Shown here piece by piece: positions 10,500 through 19,382 of a stretch of 64,000 nt of DNA. The position numbers were made by a program, and so were the translations under genes. The DNA comes from Candidatus Fokinia solitaria (GTDB taxonomy: Bacteria; Pseudomonadota; Alphaproteobacteria; Rickettsiales; Midichloriaceae): assembly GCA_943325105.2 (NCBI GenBank), contig CALPOD020000004.1:3272-67271 (forward strand), in the 5' to 3' direction. Under the pieces are notes generated by a model. It was not told where the DNA came from. It was given only the letters and a program-made list of their open reading frames with translations, and searched no databases. The first letter of the stretch is position 1. Each line of letters opens with the position of its first letter.

Positions 10500-11321
10500 T
10501 TATGTCATAAATTGTTCTTTCAATATGCGTTCATCAAGTGATAAATCTTGATCAAACAGTATAGATATCTTTATATCACTTCTTTCATAAACTTGAACAA
10601 ATTCTACATTATGTATTTCATAAGAATCTGCAAACGCATGAACTGGCCTCTTATAAGCTTCTAAAATTGTGAAAGCAATAATGCTATGTCTTGGTAAAAG
10701 AATACTGTTCAGACGTCTCGGTCTAAATGGATTGATCGGCGTTAATAATAAAACATTAGAATTCAGGGGAACTATTGGTCCATGAGCAGCTGCATTATAT
10801 GCTGTGCTACCTGCAGGTGTTGCAACCATTATGCCATCACCTGACATTTCACTTAATCTAACTTTACCATTAATATGAATGGATATTTTAGCTGTTTGTG
10901 ATGTATGTCTTAGGAGTGAGATCTCATTAAATGCAATTGCACTGGAAATTTTTCCATCTGTTGTACGTACTTTCATCTCAAGTGGTGAGAGTTTTGTTAC
11001 AACTGCTGTTTCTATTTTTTGTAAGAGTTTATTTATATCATATGCATTCAAAAGGAATCCTACTGAGCCTAGATTGATTCCATATACATCTACATTATCA
11101 TTTATAAACTCATGAAGTGCTTTTAGCATCATGCCATCGCCACCAAGCGTTATAACAAGTTGCTTACTATCTTTTGGTCTTTTTTTGTGACTTTCCTCGT
11201 GCCAATGAATATATCCTATCATAGGATAAGCCTTGGAAATTTCACTGTAGCTTTTTACTGCAATTTCAGAATTAGGATCAAAATAACAGATAATACTACT
11301 GTAGCGGCCTTGTATTGACAC
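10500..11321 (-). CDS. nadK: NAD kinase
   Basis: GGDGMMLKA motif, NLGSVGFL, and the GDG..VATPAGSTAYNAAAHGPIV region. Confidence 0.87.
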   Translation of the reverse strand: MSIQGRYSSIICYFDPNSEIAVKSYSEISKAYPMIGYIHWHEESHKKRPKDSKQLVITLGGDGMMLKALHEFINDNVDVYGINLGSVGFLLNAYDINKLLQKIETAVVTKLSPLEMKVRTTDGKISSAIAFNEISLLRHTSQTAKISIHINGKVRLSEMSGDGIMVATPAGSTAYNAAAHGPIVPLNSNVLLLTPINPFRPRRLNSILLPRHSIIAFTILEAYKRPVHAFADSYEIHNVEFVQVYERSDIKISILFDQDLSLDERILKEQFMT

Positions 11322-11379
11322 AATATTTCACATAAAGATTGGAACTGTTACTAAAATTATAGATGGGAAAAATTAGTAA

Positions 11380-11997
11380 TCAACCCCTAACTCCAGGTCC
11401 TTTTACTGTATTTTTATTTGGTGTTGCAGATTGTGCTGCACTACTTTGCATTTTTGCTTTATCAGGATGCAACATTTCTTTGAACAGTTCTGCTGCAGAT
11501 TTTGCAGCATTACTATCAAGTACCTTTCCTGCATCAGGTATTAAAGGCAATATTACAGCTTCTGCGCTCTTAACAGTATCTTGACCTAAAACATTCTTAA
11601 CAAAATCAGTAGTAAGCTCTGATGCCTCTGATACAGCGTCTTTAAGCTTTTTAACACATTCAGCTAAATCATCTGGTATATCACCATATTTCTTATTTTT
11701 TATATCATCAAAAAGTTTTGCACCTTTTGCTTTAACACCTTCTAGATCTGTCTGGAATTGTTTAAATTCAGGTGAGTTAACTTCTGCTTTAGCGTCTTCA
11801 AAGATTTCTTTCCCATCATTAAAAATCTTTACAGAATCTTTTATAAAGCTCTGAACATCTGATAATAATGCTGTACCTGTGGTAATGGCAATAGGCATAT
11901 TACCAGTTTCGATAGCTCCTATAAAAGTTGTAGACTCAGCTGCAACTTTTAATCCATCTTCAAATGCTTCTTGAGCATCGTTAATAATGTCTGACAT
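11380..11997 (-). CDS. hypothetical helical protein, tandem paralog 1 (basic C-terminal tail)
   Basis: 205-aa ORF. It shares a ~95-aa core with 12121..12669 (AIETGNMPIAITTGTALLSDVQSFIKDSVKIFNDGK ... IPDDLAECVKKLKDAVSEASEL). No signal peptide or TM segment. Confidence 0.6.
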   Translation of the reverse strand: MSDIINDAQEAFEDGLKVAAESTTFIGAIETGNMPIAITTGTALLSDVQSFIKDSVKIFNDGKEIFEDAKAEVNSPEFKQFQTDLEGVKAKGAKLFDDIKNKKYGDIPDDLAECVKKLKDAVSEASELTTDFVKNVLGQDTVKSAEAVILPLIPDAGKVLDSNAAKSAAELFKEMLHPDKAKMQSSAAQSATPNKNTVKGPGVRG

Positions 11998-12118
11998 GTG
12001 GTATTTACTATTTGCTTTTGTTCATAATATATACTTATATCAAACGTCAAATTAGTTATCAATTAAATTTATTGATTAAATATTTATTTTTGAATATTAA
12101 CTTTTTCAAGTTGAATTT
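11998..12118. repeat. duplicated 5' region of the paralog pair, including a 35-nt fossil of the 3' end of the zinc-ribbon gene
   Basis: 11998..12118 aligns by eye with 12670..12795. Within it, 12084..12118 matches 12761..12795, which is the last 10 codons plus the stop of ORF 12761..13453 (IQLEKVNIQK*). Confidence 0.85.
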
Positions 12119-12120
12119 CA

Positions 12121-12669
12121 TCAAATTGTATTGAATGTAAAATCCTCAACAGAATTAAGATCACTCTCAAGTTCCTCAACAACATTCGCAACAACATTCG
12201 CAACATCCTCAACAACATTCGCAACAACATTCGCAACATTCGCAACAACATTCGCAACATCCTCAACAACATCCTCAACATTCTCAATAAAACCCCAAAA
12301 CTTTTCAATAAGCTCTGATGCCTCTGATACAGCAACTTTAAGCTTTTCAACACATTCAGCTAAATCATCTGGTATTTCACCATATGTCCCTTTTTTTATA
12401 CCAGCAAAAAGTACTGCGCCATTTTTTTTAACACCTGCTAGATCTGTCTGGAATTTTTTAAATTCAGGTGAGTTAACTTCCGCTTTAGCGCCTTCAAAGA
12501 TTCCTTTCCCATCATTAAAAATCTTTACAGAATCTTTTATAAAGCTCTGAACATCTGATAATAATGCTGTACCTGTGGTAATGGCAATAGGCATATTACC
12601 AGTTTCGATAGCTCTTATAAGATTCAATACGTTTTCAAATGCTTCTAGGGCGATAATGTTGTTTGACAT
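12121..12669 (-). CDS. hypothetical helical protein, tandem paralog 2 (acidic VANVV/VED repeat C-terminus)
   Basis: 182-aa ORF with the same core as 11380..11997, including a 111-nt perfect identity (12504..12614 = 11808..11918). The N-terminus and C-terminus are unrelated to paralog 1. Confidence 0.6.
   Translation of the reverse strand: MSNNIIALEAFENVLNLIRAIETGNMPIAITTGTALLSDVQSFIKDSVKIFNDGKGIFEGAKAEVNSPEFKKFQTDLAGVKKNGAVLFAGIKKGTYGEIPDDLAECVEKLKVAVSEASELIEKFWGFIENVEDVVEDVANVVANVANVVANVVEDVANVVANVVEELESDLNSVEDFTFNTI
12172..12283. repeat. in-frame 12-nt/9-nt tandem repeat array inside paralog 2
   Basis: On the + strand, aacattcgcaac (12 nt) and atcctcaac (9 nt) units alternate. On the coding strand this reads VEDVVEDVANVVANVANVVANVVEDVANVVANVVEE. 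Confidence 0.9.
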
Positions 12670-12760
12670 GATAATTGATATTTACTATTTGTTTTTGTCC
12701 TCAAATAATACTTATATCAAATGTCAAATTAGTTATCAATTAAATTTATTGATCAAATAT

Positions 12761-13453
12761 TTATTTTTGAATATTAACTTTTTCAAGTTGAATTTTACCA
12801 TTGAGAAAAACTGATACATACCTCGCATCATTTGTCATCGGAGGCATTGTGAATTTTAAATCAAATGTAGAATCTCTTTTGAGCATTATGTGAGGTTGTA
12901 TCTCAGAGACACCAATAATATTATGAAATACATCTAATGCAATTACTGTTACATCACTTATTAAATCTGTTTTATCACTTATATTAGTAAGCTTTATATC
13001 CATTTTAAGAGATAAGTTTTTTTGATCATTAGGTAGCTTTACTAAATGAATGTCAATGCCAGAGACTATGATAGTTTTTCTTGGTAAAATGTTAATTGAT
13101 CGATAGAACTTCGATAACATTGGAAATTTTTCATCTAAAAACTGAATTTCTATAATCCCGAAAATGAAAGCAATTAGTAAAACTTTAAAGATCAATGTTG
13201 TTATTACAAAGTGTTTATACAATGCAATATCATTTTTGTATTCATGCTTTAACTCTATATTGGGAGTTTGAAAATTTTGTTTTATTTCACTAAAGCCACC
13301 ATATTGATGTGTTGTATTCTCAACATGATGCTCTAAATCAAAAAGCTTTACCAAGCATGGAGAATTACAATTAACACAAGGTATCATCGAGTCTTTTGTG
13401 ATTTTGTTAACCTCAATAGGGAATTTAGTATGGCATTTTGCACATGTTATCAT
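12761..13453 (-). CDS. zinc-ribbon membrane protein (MJ0042-type finger, one TM segment, DUF3426-like C-terminal domain)
   Basis: N-terminal MITCAKCHTKFPI...IPCVNCNSPC (two CxxC pairs), a TM segment ITTLIFKVLLIAFIFGIIEI, then a beta-rich C-terminal domain. This architecture is common in alphaproteobacteria. Confidence 0.55.
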   Translation of the reverse strand: MITCAKCHTKFPIEVNKITKDSMIPCVNCNSPCLVKLFDLEHHVENTTHQYGGFSEIKQNFQTPNIELKHEYKNDIALYKHFVITTLIFKVLLIAFIFGIIEIQFLDEKFPMLSKFYRSINILPRKTIIVSGIDIHLVKLPNDQKNLSLKMDIKLTNISDKTDLISDVTVIALDVFHNIIGVSEIQPHIMLKRDSTFDLKFTMPPMTNDARYVSVFLNGKIQLEKVNIQK

Positions 13454-13569
13454 CTATGCTATATAATTTTATTAGTTTTCATATATTATAATTGCAATTA
13501 TACATCGTCAGTACTGCAATTCAATAAGGCAAAAGTTTATAGAAAAGCTAAATAAAAATTTTATAAATA

Positions 13570-14883
13570 ATGATAAGAAAAAAACACACAAATAGTAATA
13601 ATTTATTAAATAGAGTCTTATTTGTAATATTTGCTCTACTGATTTTCAGACTAGGAACTCATATACCACTTCCAGGAATAGATGGAGGAGTTTTAGCTGA
13701 AATAACAAAAACAAACTCAGGTGGTCTACTAGGTGTCTTCAATATGTTTACTGGAGGTGCGCTAGGCAGATTATCAATCTTCTCATTAAACATTATGCCA
13801 TACATCACTGCATCCATAGTGATGCAGCTGCTAACAGTTATTTCAAAAGATTTAGGTGCATTAAAAAAAGAAGGTGAAATTGGTAGGCAGAAGATAGCAC
13901 GTTACACAAGATATTTTGCAGTCGCACTTGCAACATTTCAAGGATATGGAATAGCAGTTGGTGCTGAGAGTCTAGACGTTAACGGACAGCCTGTTGTCTT
14001 AATGGCTGGTGCTATCTTCAGAGTTGTTGCTACCATAAGTATGGTTGGTGGGACGGTTTTTGTAATGTGGCTTACAGATCAAATAAGTTTATATGGAATA
14101 GGTAATGGAAGCTCACTATTGATTTTTACAGGAATTGTTGCAGGTTTACCATCAGCATTAGCAAGTCTTTTCGAAATGGGGAGGTCTGGTACAATATCAA
14201 CTGGTACAACGCTTTTAATAATTTTATTAGCAGTATCCACTGTGACACTTGTAGTATTTGTTGAGAAAGCTTTCAGAAAGGTAAGCGTTCATTACCCGAA
14301 GAGAGTTATAGGTAGAAAAATGTATGCTGGTAACACCACCTATATACCTCTAAAATTGAACACATCAGGTGTTTTAGCTCCAATCTTTGCAAGCGCTTTA
14401 TTATTATTTCCAACAACAATAATCACAATAGTCGGAAAGGATATAGACCCTGACTCTTTTATGTATACCATTTTGCTGCAGCTAGGACATGGTAAACCAC
14501 TATTCATAATATTATATATTTTCTTGATTTTTATATTTAGCTTTTTCTATACATCAGCTATCTTTAATCCTGAAGAGACTGCGGAAAATCTTAGAAAAGC
14601 AGGTGCTGTTGTTCAAAATAAAAGACCTGGTAAAAATACGGCAGAATATCTTGATCAAATCTTAACAAGACTTACATACATTGGTGCGACATATGTATCA
14701 TTCATATGTATTATGCCAGAGATTCTCATGTCTCAATATTCAATACCAATGTATTTAGGAGGCACGAGTATTTTGATTATAGTGAATGTTATCTTAGATA
14801 TCTTCCAGCAGATACAATCGCATATGCTCACCTCGCAATACGGAAGTATGATGAAGAGCAATATGCTGACAGTGAAAAAGTGA
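13570..14883 (+). CDS. secY: preprotein translocase subunit SecY
   Basis: 437 aa, ten hydrophobic segments, SecY-type motifs GIDGG, LGRLSIFSLNIMPYITASI, GTSLLI. Confidence 0.95.
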   Translation: MIRKKHTNSNNLLNRVLFVIFALLIFRLGTHIPLPGIDGGVLAEITKTNSGGLLGVFNMFTGGALGRLSIFSLNIMPYITASIVMQLLTVISKDLGALKKEGEIGRQKIARYTRYFAVALATFQGYGIAVGAESLDVNGQPVVLMAGAIFRVVATISMVGGTVFVMWLTDQISLYGIGNGSSLLIFTGIVAGLPSALASLFEMGRSGTISTGTTLLIILLAVSTVTLVVFVEKAFRKVSVHYPKRVIGRKMYAGNTTYIPLKLNTSGVLAPIFASALLLFPTTIITIVGKDIDPDSFMYTILLQLGHGKPLFIILYIFLIFIFSFFYTSAIFNPEETAENLRKAGAVVQNKRPGKNTAEYLDQILTRLTYIGATYVSFICIMPEILMSQYSIPMYLGGTSILIIVNVILDIFQQIQSHMLTSQYGSMMKSNMLTVKK

Positions 14884-15075
14884 TCAGAGAGTACTTATCT
14901 GACCGTCATATAATTGATTGAGCATTGGGGAAGTCCTGGCACACGGATCCTGCTCAAAACCATCAAGTGTTATACTTACACAAGGACTCTTCAGATCATA
15001 GAAAGATGGGTCTTTAACACCACAACCAACTAAGGTTAGTGATCCAAGTATTATTAGTGCTAATCTTAAGTTCAT
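14884..15075 (-). CDS. small lipoprotein (unknown family)
   Basis: Signal peptide with lipobox MNLRLALIILGSLTLVGC. The mature part is ~45 aa with two further Cys residues (KSPCVS...DPCART). Confidence 0.5.
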   Translation of the reverse strand: MNLRLALIILGSLTLVGCGVKDPSFYDLKSPCVSITLDGFEQDPCARTSPMLNQLYDGQISTL

Positions 15076-15118
15076 TTATTCTGATTAAAATTTGTTTCAC
15101 ATTATTTTAGCCATCAAT

Positions 15119-16339
15119 TCATTCTATGTCTAGTCCTAATTTTGTATGTAATGTCCTCACTACTTGATCTGAAAAAATTTGTTCCACTATAAATGATAAT
15201 TGAGTCTCAAGAAGTTGTATTGCAACAGGTGAGATACTTATATTATATAGTGTCTCTAAGATTGTTTTAACTATGACGTTGTCATTTTTTACACCAATCC
15301 CAATAATTGATATTTTACTTAACTTATCTCTTATAATGATCTTATCTTGATTTAAAAAAAGCTTTTCAATTAATTTCATAACTCTATCAAAATACTCAGC
15401 AGAAAAAATTAAATTATAATCACAAATAATTTTATCACTTTTAAAATTTTCAAGAGACATATTTGACTGATTCATAGATTCAATCATCACTCCAATTTCA
15501 AGTAAGTCGATTAAAAACAAATCGATATCAGAATTGCTCACACCACTTAATGTAAGCATTACAAGATCTTTTTTTATTGCAATTCCTGTGATGCTAGTTT
15601 CTTCCATATTTTTATCATCTATTATTTGAGTACCAGAATCATCTGAAAATGTATTCAATACTTTGATTGGCACATTATTTTGCATTGCTATTTCTACTGC
15701 CCTTGGATGAATGACCTTTGCACCAGAGCTAGCCATTTGTAATACAGAACTGTAATTTATTGTGGAAATTTTTTTTGCTTTTGTGACTATCCTTGGATCA
15801 GATGTAAAAATCCCATCTACATCAGTATATATATCACATCTAGATGCTTTTATAGCAACCGCAACTGCAACAGCAGTAGTGTCTGAACCTCCCCTCCCGA
15901 GAGTTGTCACTCTATCATTATAAAGCCCTTGAAATCCAGCAATAACAGGTATTACATTGTTTTCAAGATCAGCAAAGAGCTTATCAGTTGATATTTCTAG
16001 AATCTTGGCTTTCGCATAATCTGAATTGGTTTTTATTGGAACCTGCCATCCTAAATATGATTTAGATTTCAAACCCAAAGACATCAATGCAAGTGAAAGC
16101 AAACCAACTGTGATTTGCTCACCTGCAGATATCACAGCATCATATTCAGAAATTTCATCAGAATTTGATATAGAATGAATCTCATTCGTGTATTGTACCA
16201 ATTCGTTTGTCATACCAGACATAGCTGATACGACTATGATCACTTTTTGATTACTGTTAGCTATGATTCCTGCAACCCTCTTTATTCGCTCAACATTGCC
16301 AACTGATGTACCACCAAATTTCTTAACAATAACATTCAT
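15119..16339 (-). CDS. lysC: aspartate kinase
   Basis: KFGGTSVG N-terminus, GRGGSDTTAVAVA, TDVDGIFTSDPR, and a C-terminal pair of ACT-like repeats. Confidence 0.9.
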   Translation of the reverse strand: MNVIVKKFGGTSVGNVERIKRVAGIIANSNQKVIIVVSAMSGMTNELVQYTNEIHSISNSDEISEYDAVISAGEQITVGLLSLALMSLGLKSKSYLGWQVPIKTNSDYAKAKILEISTDKLFADLENNVIPVIAGFQGLYNDRVTTLGRGGSDTTAVAVAVAIKASRCDIYTDVDGIFTSDPRIVTKAKKISTINYSSVLQMASSGAKVIHPRAVEIAMQNNVPIKVLNTFSDDSGTQIIDDKNMEETSITGIAIKKDLVMLTLSGVSNSDIDLFLIDLLEIGVMIESMNQSNMSLENFKSDKIICDYNLIFSAEYFDRVMKLIEKLFLNQDKIIIRDKLSKISIIGIGVKNDNVIVKTILETLYNISISPVAIQLLETQLSFIVEQIFSDQVVRTLHTKLGLDIE

Positions 16340-16344
16340 CTAAA

Positions 16345-17157
16345 CTAGAATGGAGAAATTATGTCAAGAACTTGTTTTCCATAAGGGGCTTGCTGATAAT
16401 CAAATATCTGTCCACGGCCGCCATAAGATACCCTCGCTTCAGCTATTTGCTCTAAATTAACCTTATTATCTGTTGAAATGTCTTCAGGTCTCACAATACC
16501 TTCTATTGTTACTTCTCTGACATCAAAGTTCACTCTTACTTCTTGAGTGCCTTTCACAACTAAATTACCACTAGGTAAAATTTTTATGACAGTTACTGCA
16601 ATAGTTGTTTGTACTGTCTCTTTCCTGTCAACTTTACCATTTCCATATGCAGAATCATTTGAATTTAGGTTAATCATTTCAGACGATGGAGATGTACTTG
16701 GTAAAACTTTATCGATAATATTTTCTAGACCCAATATAGATGGTGCCTTGACAGTTGTACCAGAATTTCTTGACTTCTGAGTTTTATTATCTAGCTTTGC
16801 TTGGTCAGATATCTGAACTACTACAGACAAAACATCACCAATTGCATAAGGTTTAAAAAATGAACGAGAGCCATTTTTCCATATACTATTAGATGAATTA
16901 CCTCCCTTAATTTGCGATGTAGTTTTTTTATTATTATCTTCATCATAACTGTAGCCATTCTCATACCCTAAATCACTCAATTTAGATCTTAACTCTACTT
17001 GTTCATGGATTGGATAAAATGGCTCTTCATAAACATTAATTTTGCTTAATTGTGGAACCCTTCCTACTTCATCAAGTTTATCTGACATGATGTCACATCC
17101 AGTTAGAGATACTAAACATAAGGATGTTAAAAGATGAATTTTTTTTTGTTTAATCAT
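16345..17157 (-). CDS. flgH: flagellar L-ring lipoprotein FlgH
   Basis: FlgH core GDVLSVVVQISDQAKLDNKT..., VTVIKILPSGNLVVKGTQEVRVNFDVREVTIEGIVRPEDI. I chose the internal Met (MIKQKKIHLLTSLCLVSLTGC, a lipobox) rather than the track start at 17250, which would overlap queE. Confidence 0.85.
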   Translation of the reverse strand: MIKQKKIHLLTSLCLVSLTGCDIMSDKLDEVGRVPQLSKINVYEEPFYPIHEQVELRSKLSDLGYENGYSYDEDNNKKTTSQIKGGNSSNSIWKNGSRSFFKPYAIGDVLSVVVQISDQAKLDNKTQKSRNSGTTVKAPSILGLENIIDKVLPSTSPSSEMINLNSNDSAYGNGKVDRKETVQTTIAVTVIKILPSGNLVVKGTQEVRVNFDVREVTIEGIVRPEDISTDNKVNLEQIAEARVSYGGRGQIFDYQQAPYGKQVLDIISPF

Positions 17158-17236
17158 TAAAAATTGAAAAATATATATCATGAGATATTCCTTTAAATAT
17201 CTACTATTCATTCTACATATAATCAAGTAAAAACAA

Positions 17237-17923
17237 TCACTCAATACCAATCATTTTATGTGTTTGTAATGATAAAACCGCATTATTTTTTATTGATAGT
17301 TTCATTGCTAATGCTAAATTAGCATTATTTTTTTCAGAATTATATTCATCCATTGGTTGGATATAGACTGGTATATTAAATTCTCTTTGCCCTACTTCAC
17401 CTATATCAGAGTATTCTTTTCTTGAATCTGAAACTATAAATTTTATCGCAATTGTTTGCTTTAAAATATCTGGGCGTACTTTGTGATATTTAGCATTTGA
17501 AACCTTTGGAGAACAAACAATTTTAACGTTTTCTGGTAAATCAGGAGATATTAATGTTCCATTTGATTCTATTTGAACTATGTGTCCATCATCTAATAAT
17601 ATTTTACATAGCAAGCTGATGTTTTGTCTCATTGGCTCACCTCCTGTAATCACTATAAGTGGCTTGAAATCATTTTTCTCACAAGAAAACTCTGTAAATT
17701 TTTTGTATCCAATAGCAATTATTTCATTAACATTTAATTCATCATAACTGTCAAATTCAGTGTCACAAAAGCTACAAGCAAGATTGCATCCACTTAGTCT
17801 GATAAAAATTGATGGATATCCAGTATATGGACCTTCCCCTTGAAATGTTCCGAATATCTGTGTCACTCTCAAGATGTTACCATCATTATATTCAGGTTTT
17901 AACTTTAAATTATTTCCAAACAC
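17237..17923 (-). CDS. queE: 7-carboxy-7-deazaguanine synthase (radical SAM)
   Basis: IFGTFQGEGPYTGYPSIFIRLSGCNLACSFCDTEF is the QueE-type CxxxCxxC cluster region. Apparent GTG start. Confidence 0.8.
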   Translation of the reverse strand: MFGNNLKLKPEYNDGNILRVTQIFGTFQGEGPYTGYPSIFIRLSGCNLACSFCDTEFDSYDELNVNEIIAIGYKKFTEFSCEKNDFKPLIVITGGEPMRQNISLLCKILLDDGHIVQIESNGTLISPDLPENVKIVCSPKVSNAKYHKVRPDILKQTIAIKFIVSDSRKEYSDIGEVGQREFNIPVYIQPMDEYNSEKNNANLALAMKLSIKNNAVLSLQTHKMIGIE

Positions 17924-18726
17924 TAATTGTTTATGATTAATTTTATTGTTTTTATTTCATCATCAGAGAGTTTGTCTTTAGCTTTAGGATTGTTTTTTTC
18001 ATGATGCTCCCACAAATCAATAATTTTAGCTATTAAAATCTGTCTTTTTGATACATATTGAGAATTTCGCTCAACTTCATTATCAATTTTATTCAATTCA
18101 GATTCTGAAACATTTATGCTTAATTCTCTAACTAAATTTAATAAAGTTATCTCAGGAATATCACCTATTTCATTAAACTTTAACTTTATTCTAAATGTAT
18201 CTGGTAAGTAATCCAATAAAATTGACTCACCTTGTTTGATTAATGGCAAACTCTTCGCATCTAATAAAACTTCTGGCAATGAATTTGCCTTTGTTCTTTC
18301 ACCAGAAAGAGATATCATAACAGTTTCAAAACATAAAAATAAAACTATTACAATCAATGAACCTCTAACAAGACCAAAAATACTACCAAGCAACCTATCA
18401 ATCAGCCCAGTGCGGAACTTATTAATCATTGATAAAACAATAAAGTTAAAAATTGAAAAAGAAAATAATAACAGAACTAAACCACCAACATATCCAATCA
18501 AATACGTTAGTATCTTAGATTGAAATTTCGCATCTAGAAATGGCTCTATACTGTTAAAAAGGTACTGATTCCCTATTATTGAAATAATCCAACCAGTAAT
18601 GCTAAATAAAGATGCTATAAACCCCCTTATAAAACCTATTAAAGTTGATAGGAAACATATAACTATTACTGCTATATCAACGTTATTCATAAATTTTGAT
18701 GCTTTTGAAAAAACACATAATAACAT
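17923..18726 (-). CDS. cvpA: CvpA-family membrane protein with a cytoplasmic C-terminal extension
   Basis: Four hydrophobic segments in the N-terminal ~150 aa with CvpA-like spacing (D.AVIVI...GF.RGF), then a ~110-aa charged tail. Confidence 0.6.
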   Translation of the reverse strand: MLLCVFSKASKFMNNVDIAVIVICFLSTLIGFIRGFIASLFSITGWIISIIGNQYLFNSIEPFLDAKFQSKILTYLIGYVGGLVLLLFSFSIFNFIVLSMINKFRTGLIDRLLGSIFGLVRGSLIVIVLFLCFETVMISLSGERTKANSLPEVLLDAKSLPLIKQGESILLDYLPDTFRIKLKFNEIGDIPEITLLNLVRELSINVSESELNKIDNEVERNSQYVSKRQILIAKIIDLWEHHEKNNPKAKDKLSDDEIKTIKLIINN

Positions 18727-18848
18727 TATTTATAAGAATTTTGAACTCGACGAATTTATTAATACTCTAATATTAATAATGAGATCATCTAAGTAATAAA
18801 TCCCTATTTTCAAAAATTAATTCATATCCTTATAGAAGGACTGTAAAA

Positions 18849-19373
18849 CTATTCATTACTATATACCCCCCAAAGTTTATTTTTAGGAATCCAACCTTTA
18901 TATGCACGTCCAAAGGATATTTGACACCACTCATTTTGACATTGTATTAACTTGCCTATCGTACCAACTTCAACTCTTACAATAGGTTTTGATTGGGGAT
19001 TAGGCAGTCTAAAAATCAGTACTTCTTTGTTATTTTGATCAAGTGTTTTGCTGCTTATGATTTGCACATATCTTCTGCCATCAAGCATTGCCTCATGTAT
19101 CCATCCTTCATTACCATCAATATCACGCACAAGCCTCCAGTTCTCAAATTCTTCTTGAACTTCTACTGGCATAAAAATACACTTGTAATTAATTTTATTA
19201 GGATAATTCACACCTGGTCCGGATCTCATATTAGTATCTTTAGATTTTATTACAACGAATCTAGGAATAGCTAAGCCGGTTACACTGCCTATCTTGAGTG
19301 AATCTGAATACGATATAGGTAAAGTAAAAATAAATAGAAAAAATAAAATATACCTAATAAACTTATACATCAA
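18849..19373 (-). CDS. SH3-like (DUF1058-type) periplasmic protein
   Basis: Signal peptide, then two SH3b-like repeats (RFVVIKSKDTNMRSGPGVNYP...WRLVRDIDGNEGWIH and ...CQNEWCQISFGRAYKGWIPKNKLWGV). Confidence 0.6.
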   Translation of the reverse strand: MMYKFIRYILFFLFIFTLPISYSDSLKIGSVTGLAIPRFVVIKSKDTNMRSGPGVNYPNKINYKCIFMPVEVQEEFENWRLVRDIDGNEGWIHEAMLDGRRYVQIISSKTLDQNNKEVLIFRLPNPQSKPIVRVEVGTIGKLIQCQNEWCQISFGRAYKGWIPKNKLWGVYSNE

Positions 19374-19382
19374 AAAACATTT

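Noticed and set aside
12084-12550. ORFs 12084..12353 (- strand, LRMLRMLLRM... repeats) and 12131..12550 (+ strand, SSTTFATTFAT... repeats).
   Set aside because: These are alternative-frame readings of the 9/12-nt repeat array, which keeps all frames open. The frame giving the 182-aa protein is the one homologous to the neighbouring paralog. The 12084 ORF simply starts from the fossil stop region of the zinc-ribbon gene.
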